This document shows positions 20,582 to 30,522 of a DNA stretch of 64,000 nt, piece by piece. The DNA comes from Polyangiaceae bacterium. GTDB taxonomy: Bacteria; Myxococcota_A; Polyangia; Polyangiales; Polyangiaceae. The stretch covers positions 128,001-192,000 of the forward strand of contig CBDCTZ010000009.1 of NCBI GenBank assembly GCA_965222375.1, read 5' to 3'. The notes under the pieces are model-generated. The model searched no databases. It saw nothing but the letters and a program-made list of their open reading frames with translations, and had not been told where the DNA came from. Within the stretch, counting starts at the first letter, position 1. Every line of letters begins with the position of its first letter. A program made the position numbers and the translations under genes.

Positions 20582-21115
20582 TTACTCCGTGACGATGATC
20601 TTGCCGGTCATCTGGTGGTGACCGATGCCGCAGAATTCGTTGCAGATGACCGGAAAGTCTCCGGCCTCTGTGGGGGTGATGGTGAGCACGTGGTCGTAAC
20701 CCGGCAGCACTTGGAAGTTCATGTTGATGGGCAACACCGACCAACCATGTTGGATGTCCAGGCTGGACAGGTGGAGTCGATAGGTCTGCCCCTTTTTCAG
20801 CTGCAAGATGGGATAGAAGGTCCACATCTGCGCCTGCATGTAGGCATCCCCGCCGGGGGCCGGCTCGACAATGGGCACGCCGTTCTGCTCGCCCACTTTG
20901 TTGGACTCCACGAACTGCTGTACCCGAGCCGCAAACTTCGCGGGCTCGACGGTGTAGGCCTCGCCGGTGCTGTTCTGCTTACCTTTGAAGTGCCAATACG
21001 GCATGGCCAGGGTCAGCACGATGCACCACAAGAGTGCCAGGCCAATCCAGGCGCGTTCTGTCCCAGTTGGCGACTTCAGCCAATTGGGCGCGACTGATGC
21101 TAGCGGGCTTTCCAT
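20582..21115 (-). CDS. CuA-containing subunit II
   Basis: One TM, then DIQHG and the CNEFCGIGHHQM CuA motif. Confidence 0.9.
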   Translation of the reverse strand: MESPLASVAPNWLKSPTGTERAWIGLALLWCIVLTLAMPYWHFKGKQNSTGEAYTVEPAKFAARVQQFVESNKVGEQNGVPIVEPAPGGDAYMQAQMWTFYPILQLKKGQTYRLHLSSLDIQHGWSVLPINMNFQVLPGYDHVLTITPTEAGDFPVICNEFCGIGHHQMTGKIIVTE

Positions 21116-21131
21116 TGACGTGTTCCTCCCT

Positions 21132-21287
21132 TCACGGCAACAAAGCTGGTTTTACGCTGCTGAGCTCGACGATGCCCCAGAGGGTGTACGAGATCGCCGG
21201 TAGCAAGATGCCGATCGCCAACAACAGCCAAGTGTTATCGAGCAGTCGCTCCAGCCAATGTACGGACTGTTGATCGGATTCAGCCAT
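21132..21287 (-). CDS. Small single-TM accessory subunit
   Basis: 51 aa 'WLERLLDNTWLLLAIG...YTLWGIVEL'; GGAGG RBS; overlaps the upstream gene end. Confidence 0.7.
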   Translation of the reverse strand: MAESDQQSVHWLERLLDNTWLLLAIGILLPAISYTLWGIVELSSVKPALLP

Positions 21288-22695
21288 GAGACCCTCCAAG
21301 CTCGGATGACAGCGGTGCATCCGCATGAGAAACGCGATGCGAGAGAAGCGCTCGAACAGCGAGCGCGATAAAGATGAGGCCGCCGACGATGGCGATGAGC
21401 CCACCAATGCTCATGACCCCCAAACCCAACCAAGCGCCCAAGCGCTGGGAGGTCTGCTCGGCACCGTAGAGCTTGCGGCCCATGCCGTAAGCCCCACTCC
21501 AACCGAAGCCGATGGCAAAGACGCCTTGGCCGATGGCGAAGATCGCGGGCTGAAGCTTTGCAAGCCGTGCGCGGCGCCGGGTTGTCGTGGCAGGCGAGCC
21601 CAACGCGTCGAGCAGCGGATAGGTCACGGCCATGAACGCGACAGTCACGCCGCCAATGGCCGCGTGATAGTGAGCCGGGATTAGCGTGGTGGAGTCCCGG
21701 ATCATCGCGCCGAGGATCCAGCCCAAGACGGTCAGGGAAATGCTGGCGACGAAGCCGACTCGTGCCAGGGACGCGGCAGTACCCGCCGCGGGGCGCGTCT
21801 TGAAAAACGTCACCAGGCAGGCGATGCCCATCAGCGCCATGGGCGGGAAGATCCCCCAGCGCATCAGGGTGGTGAAACCTTCCCGGGCGGAGGTGTCTTG
21901 CACGCCACTAGCAGCGAGCACGGGTGCCCACAGCCAGGGCAGCACCAACAGACCAAAACACAGCGACGCCAGGGGCCGCGGCACCACCGGGTGGCGCTCT
22001 TTGCCTGAGAGCAGGATCAGCCACACGCTGGCCATGGCCGCGCTCGAGGCGGCGGAAAGCACATGCCCGCCACCCCAGTTCGCCAACTCGTAGCGTATGT
22101 CTGCGGGTAGCCCTGCGGGCGTGCTGGACCAAGACGCGGCGAAGGTGAGCGCGGCGACGATGAGCAACACGCCGGTTGCGCGCAGACCCGGGATGGCCGC
22201 GTCCGGTATGTGCAGCAAGGTGCTTGGCGCTGGCTCCGACGGAAGCAAGCGCTTGTCGACCACGCCGAGCAAAACGCCCACGGCGAACAGGATCAAGCCC
22301 GCGCCAAAGGACCAGTGGTCCACCATGGGCACGTAGTTGGACAGCACTGGTGCTGCGCCCGGTGCCATCGCGGACAGCACCATCAATCCAACGCCGCCGG
22401 TGGCCACGAAGACTCCCGCCCTGCTTGCGAGCGAGCTTTCACCCGATCGCGGTAAGAGGAAGAGGAGCGCAGTCGCAAAGGCATAGGCCCACACGACAAG
22501 CGAGAGATCCACGTGGACCACCAGGCAGCGCCGGAAAAACAGAGGGTCAGTGATGAGTGACGACGTGCCGGGCGCGCGACCAATCACCAACATCAAAGAG
22601 AGCAATCCGGCGAGCACGAGGCTGCCGACGGAAAGTCCGATCCATCGCCGAATCGCGCGACGCTCTGGAGCCGAAGTTTGTCGAGGGGAGGGCAT
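21280..22695 (-). CDS. Degenerate heme-copper oxidase subunit I paralog
   Basis: About 12 TMs keeping HVDL (helix II), WGGGH (helix VI) and AHYH (helix X), with no helix VII HH pair. Confidence 0.65.
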   Translation of the reverse strand: MPSPRQTSAPERRAIRRWIGLSVGSLVLAGLLSLMLVIGRAPGTSSLITDPLFFRRCLVVHVDLSLVVWAYAFATALLFLLPRSGESSLASRAGVFVATGGVGLMVLSAMAPGAAPVLSNYVPMVDHWSFGAGLILFAVGVLLGVVDKRLLPSEPAPSTLLHIPDAAIPGLRATGVLLIVAALTFAASWSSTPAGLPADIRYELANWGGGHVLSAASSAAMASVWLILLSGKERHPVVPRPLASLCFGLLVLPWLWAPVLAASGVQDTSAREGFTTLMRWGIFPPMALMGIACLVTFFKTRPAAGTAASLARVGFVASISLTVLGWILGAMIRDSTTLIPAHYHAAIGGVTVAFMAVTYPLLDALGSPATTTRRRARLAKLQPAIFAIGQGVFAIGFGWSGAYGMGRKLYGAEQTSQRLGAWLGLGVMSIGGLIAIVGGLIFIALAVRALLSHRVSHADAPLSSELGGSHG

Positions 22696-22763
22696 GGCGA
22701 CAAAGGGGATTGATCTCTATGGATAAAGTTGTCTATTGATAGAACGCGAAAACGCCGTTGGAT

Positions 22764-22777
22764 ATGACGTCTATCAA
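22764..22777. promoter_or_regulatory. Putative Fnr/Dnr box
   Basis: ATGAC-GTCT-ATCAA against consensus TTGAT-N4-ATCAA; a weaker half-match TTGATCTCTATGGA lies at 22710-22723, between divergent genes. Confidence 0.45.
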
Positions 22778-22850
22778 GTCCAGAAAAAGAAAATTGCCCC
22801 TATCCTCGAGCCGAAGACGCGGGGGAAGTGGGCGCAGCCGGGCGGCTCCG

Positions 22851-23258
22851 TTGAGCCAGACGGCGGAGTACGCGTTGCGTGCGTTGTCCCAGCTGGCCGC
22901 CTATGGCCAAGAGCGAGCGCTGACTGCAAAAGAGCTTGCGCGGCTGACTCTCGTCCCAAGTCCTTACCTGTCCAAGATCTTGCGAAGGCTGGTGGCGGCC
23001 GAGCTGTTGGCGTCCCAGAAGGGTCACGGCGGTGGCTTCGTGCTGGCGCGGCCAGCCGCGAGCATTCGCATCAGCGACATATTGGACGCAGTGGACGAAC
23101 TGCCCAACGAAGAGCGCTGTGCTTTCGGTTGGGGAGATTGCGACGCGGCGCATCCGTGCCCACTGCACCCGGCGTGGTCTCGCCTCAACGACGCGTTGCG
23201 GGATTGGGCTACATCGACGACGTTGCAGAACGTGTCGGGCAAGATCGCGCGTCGCTGA
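22851..23258 (+). CDS. Rrf2-family transcriptional regulator with Fe-S-type Cys motif
   Basis: 'LSQTAEYALRAL', 'YLSKIL', 'KGHGGGF.LAR' and CAFGWGDCDAAHPCPLH. The start is uncertain. Confidence 0.85.
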   Translation: MSQTAEYALRALSQLAAYGQERALTAKELARLTLVPSPYLSKILRRLVAAELLASQKGHGGGFVLARPAASIRISDILDAVDELPNEERCAFGWGDCDAAHPCPLHPAWSRLNDALRDWATSTTLQNVSGKIARR

Positions 23259-23279
23259 GATGGCCCCCCAAGGGGATCG

Positions 23280-23693
23280 CTACATGCGCCAGCCGCGGAT
23301 CAGCTTGACCAGCGCTTTAACCTCGACGTCCTTGCCCTTCAAGTCCGGGTTCGGGGGCATTGCAGTACTCTTGCCGACGGCTGCGCCACCTTCGACGATG
23401 ATCTTGGCGATCTCATCATCCGTGATCCCGTCTTGCCACTTGGCATCCCCGAAAGCAGCAGGCTTCGGATCGAGGGCGGCTGAGCCGGGGCCATCTCCGG
23501 CACCTTTCGCGCCGTGACACACGACACACTTCGTCTTGAAGTAGGTCTTGGCCGCTTCCGACGGTGGAACGGCCGCCGTGCTCGGCAGGCCCGCAGACGC
23601 GGTCCCTTTGGTGCCGGCTTTTTCCTTCTTGCTGCACGCTGAAAGAGAAATGGAGAGAGCCAAAATCGTCAGAACGGAAACGGGCTTGATCAC
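23280..23693 (-). CDS. Monoheme cytochrome c lipoprotein
   Basis: Lipobox LSAC, CVVCH and distal Met (AMPP); GGAGG RBS before GTG. Confidence 0.85.
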   Translation of the reverse strand: MIKPVSVLTILALSISLSACSKKEKAGTKGTASAGLPSTAAVPPSEAAKTYFKTKCVVCHGAKGAGDGPGSAALDPKPAAFGDAKWQDGITDDEIAKIIVEGGAAVGKSTAMPPNPDLKGKDVEVKALVKLIRGWRM

Positions 23694-23724
23694 GTGAACC
23701 TCCTGCAGGCGGCTCGGGCCTAGT

Positions 23725-23738
23725 GCATGGGATGTGCC
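23725..23738 (-). promoter_or_regulatory. Putative sigma54 promoter for the cytochrome c gene
   Basis: GGCACATCCCATGC = GG-N10-GC on the minus strand. Confidence 0.4.
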
Positions 23739-23946
23739 GTCGCCAGCGGTGGGTGTGAGAGCTGTCACGTTTCGCGCCAGGTTGCAGCCAAAACCCGGTT
23801 CTTCGATGTAGGCCTTCGCCGCCCCCGGTTCATCGGGCCTGCGCAGATATTTCGGTAGCCGTTGCCCGTCGCGCAAGAAACGCGAAATGCCCTATTTTCG
23901 GCGCGCGAAATGCCCGGCTTATCAGCCGTTCACGCTGGCTTGCACG

Positions 23947-23960
23947 GGCACGCGGGTTGC
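23947..23960 (+). promoter_or_regulatory. Putative sigma54 promoter for the radical SAM gene
   Basis: GGCACGCGGGTTGC = GGCAC-N5-TTGC. Confidence 0.5.
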
Positions 23961-23976
23961 GTACATTCCCGGCGAC

Positions 23977-25086
23977 GTGACGTCTACTCGCTATAAAGAG
24001 AAGCCGTTCATCGCAATTTGGGAGACTACTCAGGCGTGCGACTTGGCGTGCCTTCACTGCCGCGCTTGCACCCAATCGGAACGGGATGCGGAAGAGCTGA
24101 GTACCGACGAAGGATTTGCGCTTTTGGACAGCTTCGCGAAGGCACGCGTGCCCTTGGTCGTGCTGACCGGCGGCGACCCGGCGAAACGCCCGGACCTGGT
24201 CGAACTGGTTGCGCACGGGCGCCAGGCTGGGTTGGGGGTGGGCTTGACTCCTTCGACGACGCCGTTGGTCACGCCGGAGCTGATTGAAGCTCTGGCGCGC
24301 GCCGGACTGTCTCGGCTGGCCGTGAGCATCGACGGGCCGGACGCCGAGTGTCACGACACTTTCCGAGGCGTGGAGGGCAGCTTCGAGCAGTCCCTACGCA
24401 TCCTGGACGACGCGAGCAATCACTCGATTCCGACTCAGATCAACACGAGCATCCATGCCGGCAACATCGAGCAGCTCGAAGAGATGTCGCGCATCGTGGC
24501 CCGCGCCGACTCCGTCTTGTGGAGCGTGTTTTTTCTGGTTCCCACCGGGCGAGCCGAGGCGGACATGCTGCCCACGCCTGAGGCGACTGAACGGGCGCTG
24601 GAGAAACTGAGCGTGTTTGCCGAGGGCGCCAGTTTCGCGATCAAGACGACCGCGGCACCCCACTACCGCCGTGTGCTGATGGAGCGCAAACTCGGTGAGG
24701 GCGCTGCGGCGCAGCATGGGGTCCACGGCTCGCGTGCGGTTCGTATCAACGATGGCCGTGGTTTCATGTTCGTGTCTCACAAGGGCGAGATCTTCCCGAG
24801 CGGATTCTTGCCAATCCACTGCGGCAACGTTCGCCAAGACGATGTGATGGATGTCTATCGCGAGCATCCCTTGTTCGTCAGCCTGCGGGATGCCGATCAA
24901 CTGGTTGGAAAATGCGGGGACTGCGAGTACCGCACCCTATGTGGTGGATCTCGTGCCCGTGCCTACGCATTGCTCGGGGATCCCATGGAATCCGACCCGC
25001 TCTGCGCCTATGAGCCGCCGGAACCCGATGACGTCCCGAGCCGGCGCACGCTGAGCCGGCGGCGCCTCGCCATGGCAAATGCCTAG
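23977..25086 (+). CDS. Radical SAM/SPASM protein, AhbD/NirJ-like heme biosynthesis group
   Basis: WETTQACDLACLHCRA (CxxxCxxC), LTGGDP, and C-terminal GKCGDCEY...CGGSRARAY...DPLC. The start is uncertain (23887 or 23977). Confidence 0.8.
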   Translation: MTSTRYKEKPFIAIWETTQACDLACLHCRACTQSERDAEELSTDEGFALLDSFAKARVPLVVLTGGDPAKRPDLVELVAHGRQAGLGVGLTPSTTPLVTPELIEALARAGLSRLAVSIDGPDAECHDTFRGVEGSFEQSLRILDDASNHSIPTQINTSIHAGNIEQLEEMSRIVARADSVLWSVFFLVPTGRAEADMLPTPEATERALEKLSVFAEGASFAIKTTAAPHYRRVLMERKLGEGAAAQHGVHGSRAVRINDGRGFMFVSHKGEIFPSGFLPIHCGNVRQDDVMDVYREHPLFVSLRDADQLVGKCGDCEYRTLCGGSRARAYALLGDPMESDPLCAYEPPEPDDVPSRRTLSRRRLAMANA

Positions 25087-25660
25087 GGCGGCCAAGCCGC
25101 TGCGCTTGCCGCGAGAGCATGGGTTTTGGGTCATGCTCGCGGCGGTCTTGCTGGCCGCGCTGATCCGTACGGGCTTTGGCGTGACGGCGCTCTTGACCGC
25201 GGTCGTGGTGCTCGGGCTCAGCGTGCTGGGTGCGGCGGCGCTCGGTCGGCGCATTCGAGGGAGCGGTAACGCACAGGTGGGGAGCGCTCTAGCCCTGGCC
25301 TGGTTGGGGGCTCCGGTGGAGCTCGCGGCGGGCGGCAGCGCGACGGATGCGGCCGTCGTGGCCGCTACGTGGATGGGCGTGTTCGTTTCGAGCGCAACCT
25401 GCGTCCGCGCCGCGTTCAGCCGTGCGAAAGGCGAACTCGCGCGTTGCCGCGTGTTGGTCGCCATCTCTGTCGCGACGCCCGCGGCCCTCGGCGTCGGCTT
25501 CCTCGTCTCGGGCGAGCGCAGCGCAGCTCTGGCATCCTTGGTCGCAGCCTTGGGCGCCCTCGTGCTCGGCGTGTGGGCACCCGGAGTGAAACAGCTCAAA
25601 CGCGTTGGCCTCAGCCTCGCCCTGGTCGCGCTGCTGGCGATGCTCGCGCTAACGCTCTAG
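25079..25660 (+). CDS. YwiC-like membrane protein
   Basis: N-terminal PREHGFW motif, hydrophobic, and a 'LKRVG' end; overlaps the radical SAM gene. Confidence 0.65.
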   Translation: MPRAAKPLRLPREHGFWVMLAAVLLAALIRTGFGVTALLTAVVVLGLSVLGAAALGRRIRGSGNAQVGSALALAWLGAPVELAAGGSATDAAVVAATWMGVFVSSATCVRAAFSRAKGELARCRVLVAISVATPAALGVGFLVSGERSAALASLVAALGALVLGVWAPGVKQLKRVGLSLALVALLAMLALTL

Positions 25661-25943
25661 CGCCGACGGGTGCACGATCCCAAGGCTTCCCGTGGCCTCC
25701 TGTGTCGCCTCGGGAGCGTGAATAGGAAGCCGGGAAGGCCGAGAGGGTATGAGGGTTTGGGTCTGTTCGGATTTCGCGCTCTCCGTAACGTCGGCCAGAT
25801 CACGTTCTGTTCGACCCCGGTGCGGGAGTGGTGGGAAACCGTGGTGCGGGCCCCCGGGGCGACCGTCTGGTGCGCGGCCGCCGCGGACGGGTAGCTCGCG
25901 ACCGAGTGGAAACACGCGCGTGGCCACGAGGGACGCGCGCGTA

Positions 25944-26651
25944 TCAGTCCGCGACTTCTTCACTGCGGCCAGCGGCGCGGCGCAGTTTTTCTAGGTCGTC
26001 GATCCGGAAGCCGTCTGACAAAGTCGCGACGAGGCCCTCGCGCTCCCAGCGACTCATGGTCCGGATGGTGGTTTCCAAGGTGGTCGCGACCAAGTCCGCC
26101 AGCTCCCGACGCGACAGCGCTAGCGGCACGTGACTCGTTCCGTCGTCGAAGTCGTCGCCCAGTTTTTCGTACAGCTCCAAGATGAGCGTTGCCAAGCGCG
26201 CTTCCACCGTGCCTGCACTGAGCACATCAATCTTGCCGTGTAGCGCGGCGAGCTTGTCGGCCATGCCGCACGCCAAGCTCATGCCCAATTCGGGCTGACG
26301 TTCGAGACAGCGCCGAACCTGGTCCCCGGGCGCTTCAATCACCGACACCGTGTCCGTTGCTGCGATGGCGTCCGCGGGGTAGGGGATGTTGCGGACGAAG
26401 GCCACGTCACCGATGCTCTCGCCGGGCCCGAAGATCCCGCAGATGGTCGAGCGCCCCTTTGGCGCCGGGCGCACGACCTTCACCAGACCATGCGCCACCA
26501 CCACCAGGCCTTTGGGCGCATCCCCTGCGTGCCAGATGGCATCTCCCCGGTTGAAGGCCCGCGTTGCGACGGTCCGCGTCAGCTGCGCCAAGGCGACAGG
26601 GTCGATGCCCGAGAGGGCCTTGGTGCGCGCAAGGATGTGGGTTTCGCTCAT
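25944..26651 (-). CDS. Crp/Fnr-family regulator (Dnr/HcpR-like, no FNR N-terminal Cys cluster)
   Basis: cNMP-type beta-barrel 'GLVKV...GPGESIG' and HTH 'LSRRELADLVATTLETTIR'. Confidence 0.85.
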   Translation of the reverse strand: MSETHILARTKALSGIDPVALAQLTRTVATRAFNRGDAIWHAGDAPKGLVVVAHGLVKVVRPAPKGRSTICGIFGPGESIGDVAFVRNIPYPADAIAATDTVSVIEAPGDQVRRCLERQPELGMSLACGMADKLAALHGKIDVLSAGTVEARLATLILELYEKLGDDFDDGTSHVPLALSRRELADLVATTLETTIRTMSRWEREGLVATLSDGFRIDDLEKLRRAAGRSEEVAD

Positions 26652-27061
26652 CGGGCCGCACCCAGATTAGCAAGCCGCGTTCCCGCCGGGTGATGTTCGT
26701 CAAATGCGCGAAATCATCTTAACTTGGGGAGGGCTATGGCGCATATTCTGCGCGGACGGGCATGGGGGTGCACAGGTTGCGGCCTTGCGGGGGCCGCGTC
26801 GGAGGCCGACTACCGAAATTGGCGGGGCGCAGCGGGCAGGGTGCGCCGCTTGGCGCACGGGTGCGCTGCTCTCGCATGGGGAATGGCCGATTGCTGGTAG
26901 TGACGCCTCCGTGTCAGGTGATCGCCCCGATCCCAAGTGCTTGCGCTTTCGAAACGTGCACGCCGATGCCAATATCTCTCTTCACGCGTCCAGACTTCTG
27001 CCCCGCGCCAACTCCTGCGCATCTACTTCGGTCGCGATCCAGGGTTGGCAGGGCGCCCGCG

Positions 27062-28459
27062 TCACAAACAGCCGAATATCGTCTCGAGCTTTGCTGCGGG
27101 ATCGGCTTTGGCGGTATCGCAGGCGGCGGCGCAGAGCTTGACCTTGCCGGCCTCGACGTAGATCTGCTTGCCGGTGCATGCGGCGGCGCTGGCAACTTGA
27201 GGCCAGATCTCGGGAGCGCCGCCTCCGCTCGGCGTGATCAGGAATTGAATCGATCCGGGGTCGATGTTCGAGCCCGCCGGTGGAGGCGGCAGATCGAGCT
27301 GACAAAAGACAGTAGCGTGGTTCTCGATCCGTTTCGCCATATGACCGAAAACAGCGGCGTAGCCTGCGGTGTCGCAGATCGGATAGCGCCATCCACCGGT
27401 AATCTTGCTCAGCCGCTGGTAGCCGGTGCCGGCATTCACGGCGCTCCCACACTTGCCGCTGGCCATGGGCTCCGTTGGGCTCCAGTGGTCTGTCGTCAAC
27501 GCGGGGTTCGCGGGTACGCCAATCAGAGAGTACCAGGCGTAGTTTCGAGCGGCGCCGGTGCCAAACTGTGATGGGTCTCTGGCCAAGAGGTCCTTGTCGA
27601 ACTTGTCCCCGGCAACCAATCCGCCGGCCTCGGTGTTGAGATCGTCGTAGCTCCAGCTGCCGGTAGTGCAGGTCACCCGATCATCGGTAACTTCGACGAA
27701 GGTCTTGAACGAACCCTTGCGCAGCCACTGACTCCACCCGTTGGGCGCCAAGTTGTAGCGATCGGGCTTATCGTACGAGTCGAGCAACTTGCACCAGGAA
27801 TCCACGCTGCCGATTTCTCCGTTGTCGTAGTGGTAGAAGATCGGCGGGTTGCTGGTCGGCGCGGTGTTGGCTAGGGCCGGGCAGGCGCCACCTCCGACCG
27901 GGGGCGGCACGCAGATGCTCCTGTCCTGTATGGGTCCGTGTTCGGAGATCATCACGAGGCGATAGTCGACGTTGGCAGCCGCCAAGTCCTGCGTGAAGCC
28001 CAAAATACTGCTCTCGATCGACAAGATTTCCTTGTCCATGCTGCAGGAGTTGTCGACGATGAACACCACGTCCACGGGTGTTCGTTCCCAAGCGGCGGGC
28101 CGCACCTGCTGCCCGCAGGTATTGCCGCCCCCCGTGCCACCACCATCCTGACCTCCACTTGCGCCTCCGCTACCAGCGCTGCCATCCGCCCCGCCGCTCC
28201 CGCCGGTGGCCGCGCCCCCCGCGCCACCGGTGCCACCTGTGGCACCCGTGCAGTCGCACGCGCCCCACGTTCCGTCAGCGCCGCAGGCTTGGCCGCCGTT
28301 GCACGCTCCGGGGCCGACGCAGGTGCGCGTGTCGTTGGGCGCGCAGTCCTTCTTGTCGCCACCGCTCGAGTCGTCGCCACCGCAATTGGCGATGAACGCT
28401 GCACTGACCAAAAGGAGAGACCACGTGACCCACCGCACAAGTCGACTTGCCGAACTCAT
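27062..28459 (-). CDS. Lipoprotein with Cys/Gly-rich N-terminus and vWA-like domain
   Basis: Lipobox-like IANC, Gly-rich linker and MIDAS-like 'DVVFIVDNSCSM...VTDD'. Confidence 0.7.
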   Translation of the reverse strand: MSSASRLVRWVTWSLLLVSAAFIANCGGDDSSGGDKKDCAPNDTRTCVGPGACNGGQACGADGTWGACDCTGATGGTGGAGGAATGGSGGADGSAGSGGASGGQDGGGTGGGNTCGQQVRPAAWERTPVDVVFIVDNSCSMDKEILSIESSILGFTQDLAAANVDYRLVMISEHGPIQDRSICVPPPVGGGACPALANTAPTSNPPIFYHYDNGEIGSVDSWCKLLDSYDKPDRYNLAPNGWSQWLRKGSFKTFVEVTDDRVTCTTGSWSYDDLNTEAGGLVAGDKFDKDLLARDPSQFGTGAARNYAWYSLIGVPANPALTTDHWSPTEPMASGKCGSAVNAGTGYQRLSKITGGWRYPICDTAGYAAVFGHMAKRIENHATVFCQLDLPPPPAGSNIDPGSIQFLITPSGGGAPEIWPQVASAAACTGKQIYVEAGKVKLCAAACDTAKADPAAKLETIFGCL

Positions 28460-28785
28460 CACTGCATCCTCCGCTGCTGCCCTGCCAGAAAACCCCGCGA
28501 TCATAGCCGGAATGAGTGCGTGGGTGCCGACCAATGTCGACCATCAGCAAATCAGGTGGGTGGCTTGCGCACATGACGTTGCGTGCGATCTGGCGCCTCC
28601 GGTTGCGGCGGGTCACTGGAGACGTCATATGCGACACGAATGCGACAACGCGCCGCAATCACTGGAGTGGACAACGGGACGGGTGGTTACGAGGAGCCAC
28701 AAATTCGGCAAGTCCCAACCAACAAATGCGAGTGAACGGGTTGCCGGTGGCGGGACTGCGACCGGGCTGGGGTAGACTGCGCGGC

Positions 28786-29814
28786 ATGGCCGCAGGCTCA
28801 AAACTCCGCGTTGGGGTGCTCGGTGCGGGCGCGGTGGGTTGCTACGTGGGTGGCAAGCTCGTCGGGGCGCGGGGGGTGGAGGTCGTGTTCATCGGGCGGC
28901 CACGGCTGCAGGCGGAGGTCAGGGAGTTCGGACTGACGCTGACGGATCTGGCGGGCGAGGAGGTTCGCGTACCGGTCTCGGAGATCGTTTTCGAGACGTC
29001 GCCGGAAGCGCTTTCGGGCTGCGACGTGGTCTTGTGTTGCGTCAAGAGTGGCCACACGGCGGAAGTCGCCGAATCGGTTCGATCCATTCTGGCACCGGGC
29101 GCCCTGGTGGCGAGTCTGCAAAACGGGGTGAGCAATGCGCGCGTGCTCCGGGAGCACCTCGGCGAGCAGACGGTGCTCGCTGGCATCGTGGCGTTCAATG
29201 TGGTGCCGCATGGGCGGGGGCGCTTCGAGCAGACCACCAAGGGGGGGCTATTGCTGCAGGCGTCGGAGCGTGCCCAACTGCAAGGGCTGGTGACAGCGTG
29301 CAAACAAAGTGGGGTTGGGGTTTCCGTGCACTCGGACATCGAGCGGCATCAGTGGAGCAAGCTGCTGGTCAATCTGAACAATGCGGTAAGCGCGCTCTCG
29401 GATGTGCCGACGCAGCAAATGGTGTTGTCAGAGCGGTATCGGCGGGTCATTGCCTCACTGATGGAGGAGGGCCTCCGGGTGTTGAAAGGGGCGGGCGTCA
29501 GTCCGGCGCCGCTCCGGGGCTTGCCGCTGGAGCTGCTGCCGCGGTTGCTACGCATGCCGACGCCGGTGGTGCGGGTGGTGGCGCGGGCGCAGCTCGGGGC
29601 GAATCCGGAGGCCCGCTCCAGCATGTGGGAAGATCTGAATCGCGGGCGAAAGACGGAAGTGGAGTTCCTCAATGGTGAGATCGTACGGGTCGCGCGCAAG
29701 CACGGGACGCAAGCGCCGCTGAATCAACGCATGGTCGAGTTGGTGCAACAGGCCGAGGGCGCGGGGAAGGGTTCACCCAAGTTGGCGGCGGAGGTGTTGC
29801 TTCGGGTGGGGTAG
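28786..29814 (+). CDS. panE: 2-dehydropantoate 2-reductase
   Basis: GAGAVG, VKS, LQNG, WSKLLVN and 'SSMWEDL..GRKTEVEFLNG'. Confidence 0.88.
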   Translation: MAAGSKLRVGVLGAGAVGCYVGGKLVGARGVEVVFIGRPRLQAEVREFGLTLTDLAGEEVRVPVSEIVFETSPEALSGCDVVLCCVKSGHTAEVAESVRSILAPGALVASLQNGVSNARVLREHLGEQTVLAGIVAFNVVPHGRGRFEQTTKGGLLLQASERAQLQGLVTACKQSGVGVSVHSDIERHQWSKLLVNLNNAVSALSDVPTQQMVLSERYRRVIASLMEEGLRVLKGAGVSPAPLRGLPLELLPRLLRMPTPVVRVVARAQLGANPEARSSMWEDLNRGRKTEVEFLNGEIVRVARKHGTQAPLNQRMVELVQQAEGAGKGSPKLAAEVLLRVG

Positions 29815-29850
29815 CGCCAGCGGGAACAACACGCTGCCGCCTCGAATCCG

Positions 29851-30522
29851 TCAACACACCGCCTTGCACCCGGCATCGCTGCCGCAGCTGACGCAAGGGA
29901 ACCAGTCGCAGCTGATCTTGGAGCAGAATTGCCAACTGTCGGGGCCGCAGCATTGGTAGTTGGCGCCCTGCTGCCAAGAACACTTGGCGCCGGTTTTCAA
30001 TTGGCATGGCGACCAAGTGCAAAAGAGGGTGCAGCGCACCTCTTCGCAGGGATCGCTGCAGGAAGCGCCGACGGCGCCGGGCTCGCAGACGCCTTGGTTC
30101 TCGCAGCTGATGGCGCCCCATTGCCCGTTGATGTCGCAGGTTTGCACTCGCGTGCCGCATTTGGCGCAGCTGCCCAGGACTTGCTTCTGACCGAAGGTGC
30201 ATACGCCGCCGCCCCCCACGCCGCCGCTGGCCCCCGCTCCGACGCCGCCGGTCGCACCGACGCCGCCGCTACCGCCAGCGCCGCTACCTGATGCGCCAGA
30301 CGCACCGGCGAAGGCGCCGGCTCCTCCCGCGCCGCCGCCACTCGATCCTGCCGCGAGTCCCACTCCCGCAGAGCCCGACGATCCCGCATCCTGTCCGGTG
30401 GCCCCCTGGCCCGCGCTCGCTCCAGTGGCGCTGCCCGCATCGCGGCCCTGTTCCTCCAGCGGCGCCAGCTCGAAGGTGCAAGCCACCACGCTCAGGGATG
30501 GGAGTAGCCATCTGACGTGCAT
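29851..30522 (-). CDS. Cys-rich secreted/lipoprotein with Gly-Ala linker
   Basis: Lipobox-like VVAC, Gly-rich linker and a C-terminal domain with many Cys residues. Confidence 0.65.
   Translation of the reverse strand: MHVRWLLPSLSVVACTFELAPLEEQGRDAGSATGASAGQGATGQDAGSSGSAGVGLAAGSSGGGAGGAGAFAGASGASGSGAGGSGGVGATGGVGAGASGGVGGGGVCTFGQKQVLGSCAKCGTRVQTCDINGQWGAISCENQGVCEPGAVGASCSDPCEEVRCTLFCTWSPCQLKTGAKCSWQQGANYQCCGPDSWQFCSKISCDWFPCVSCGSDAGCKAVC

Noticed and set aside
26700..27060. ORFs or ncRNA upstream of the Crp/Fnr gene
   Set aside because: No convincing coding signal or recognisable RNA structure.
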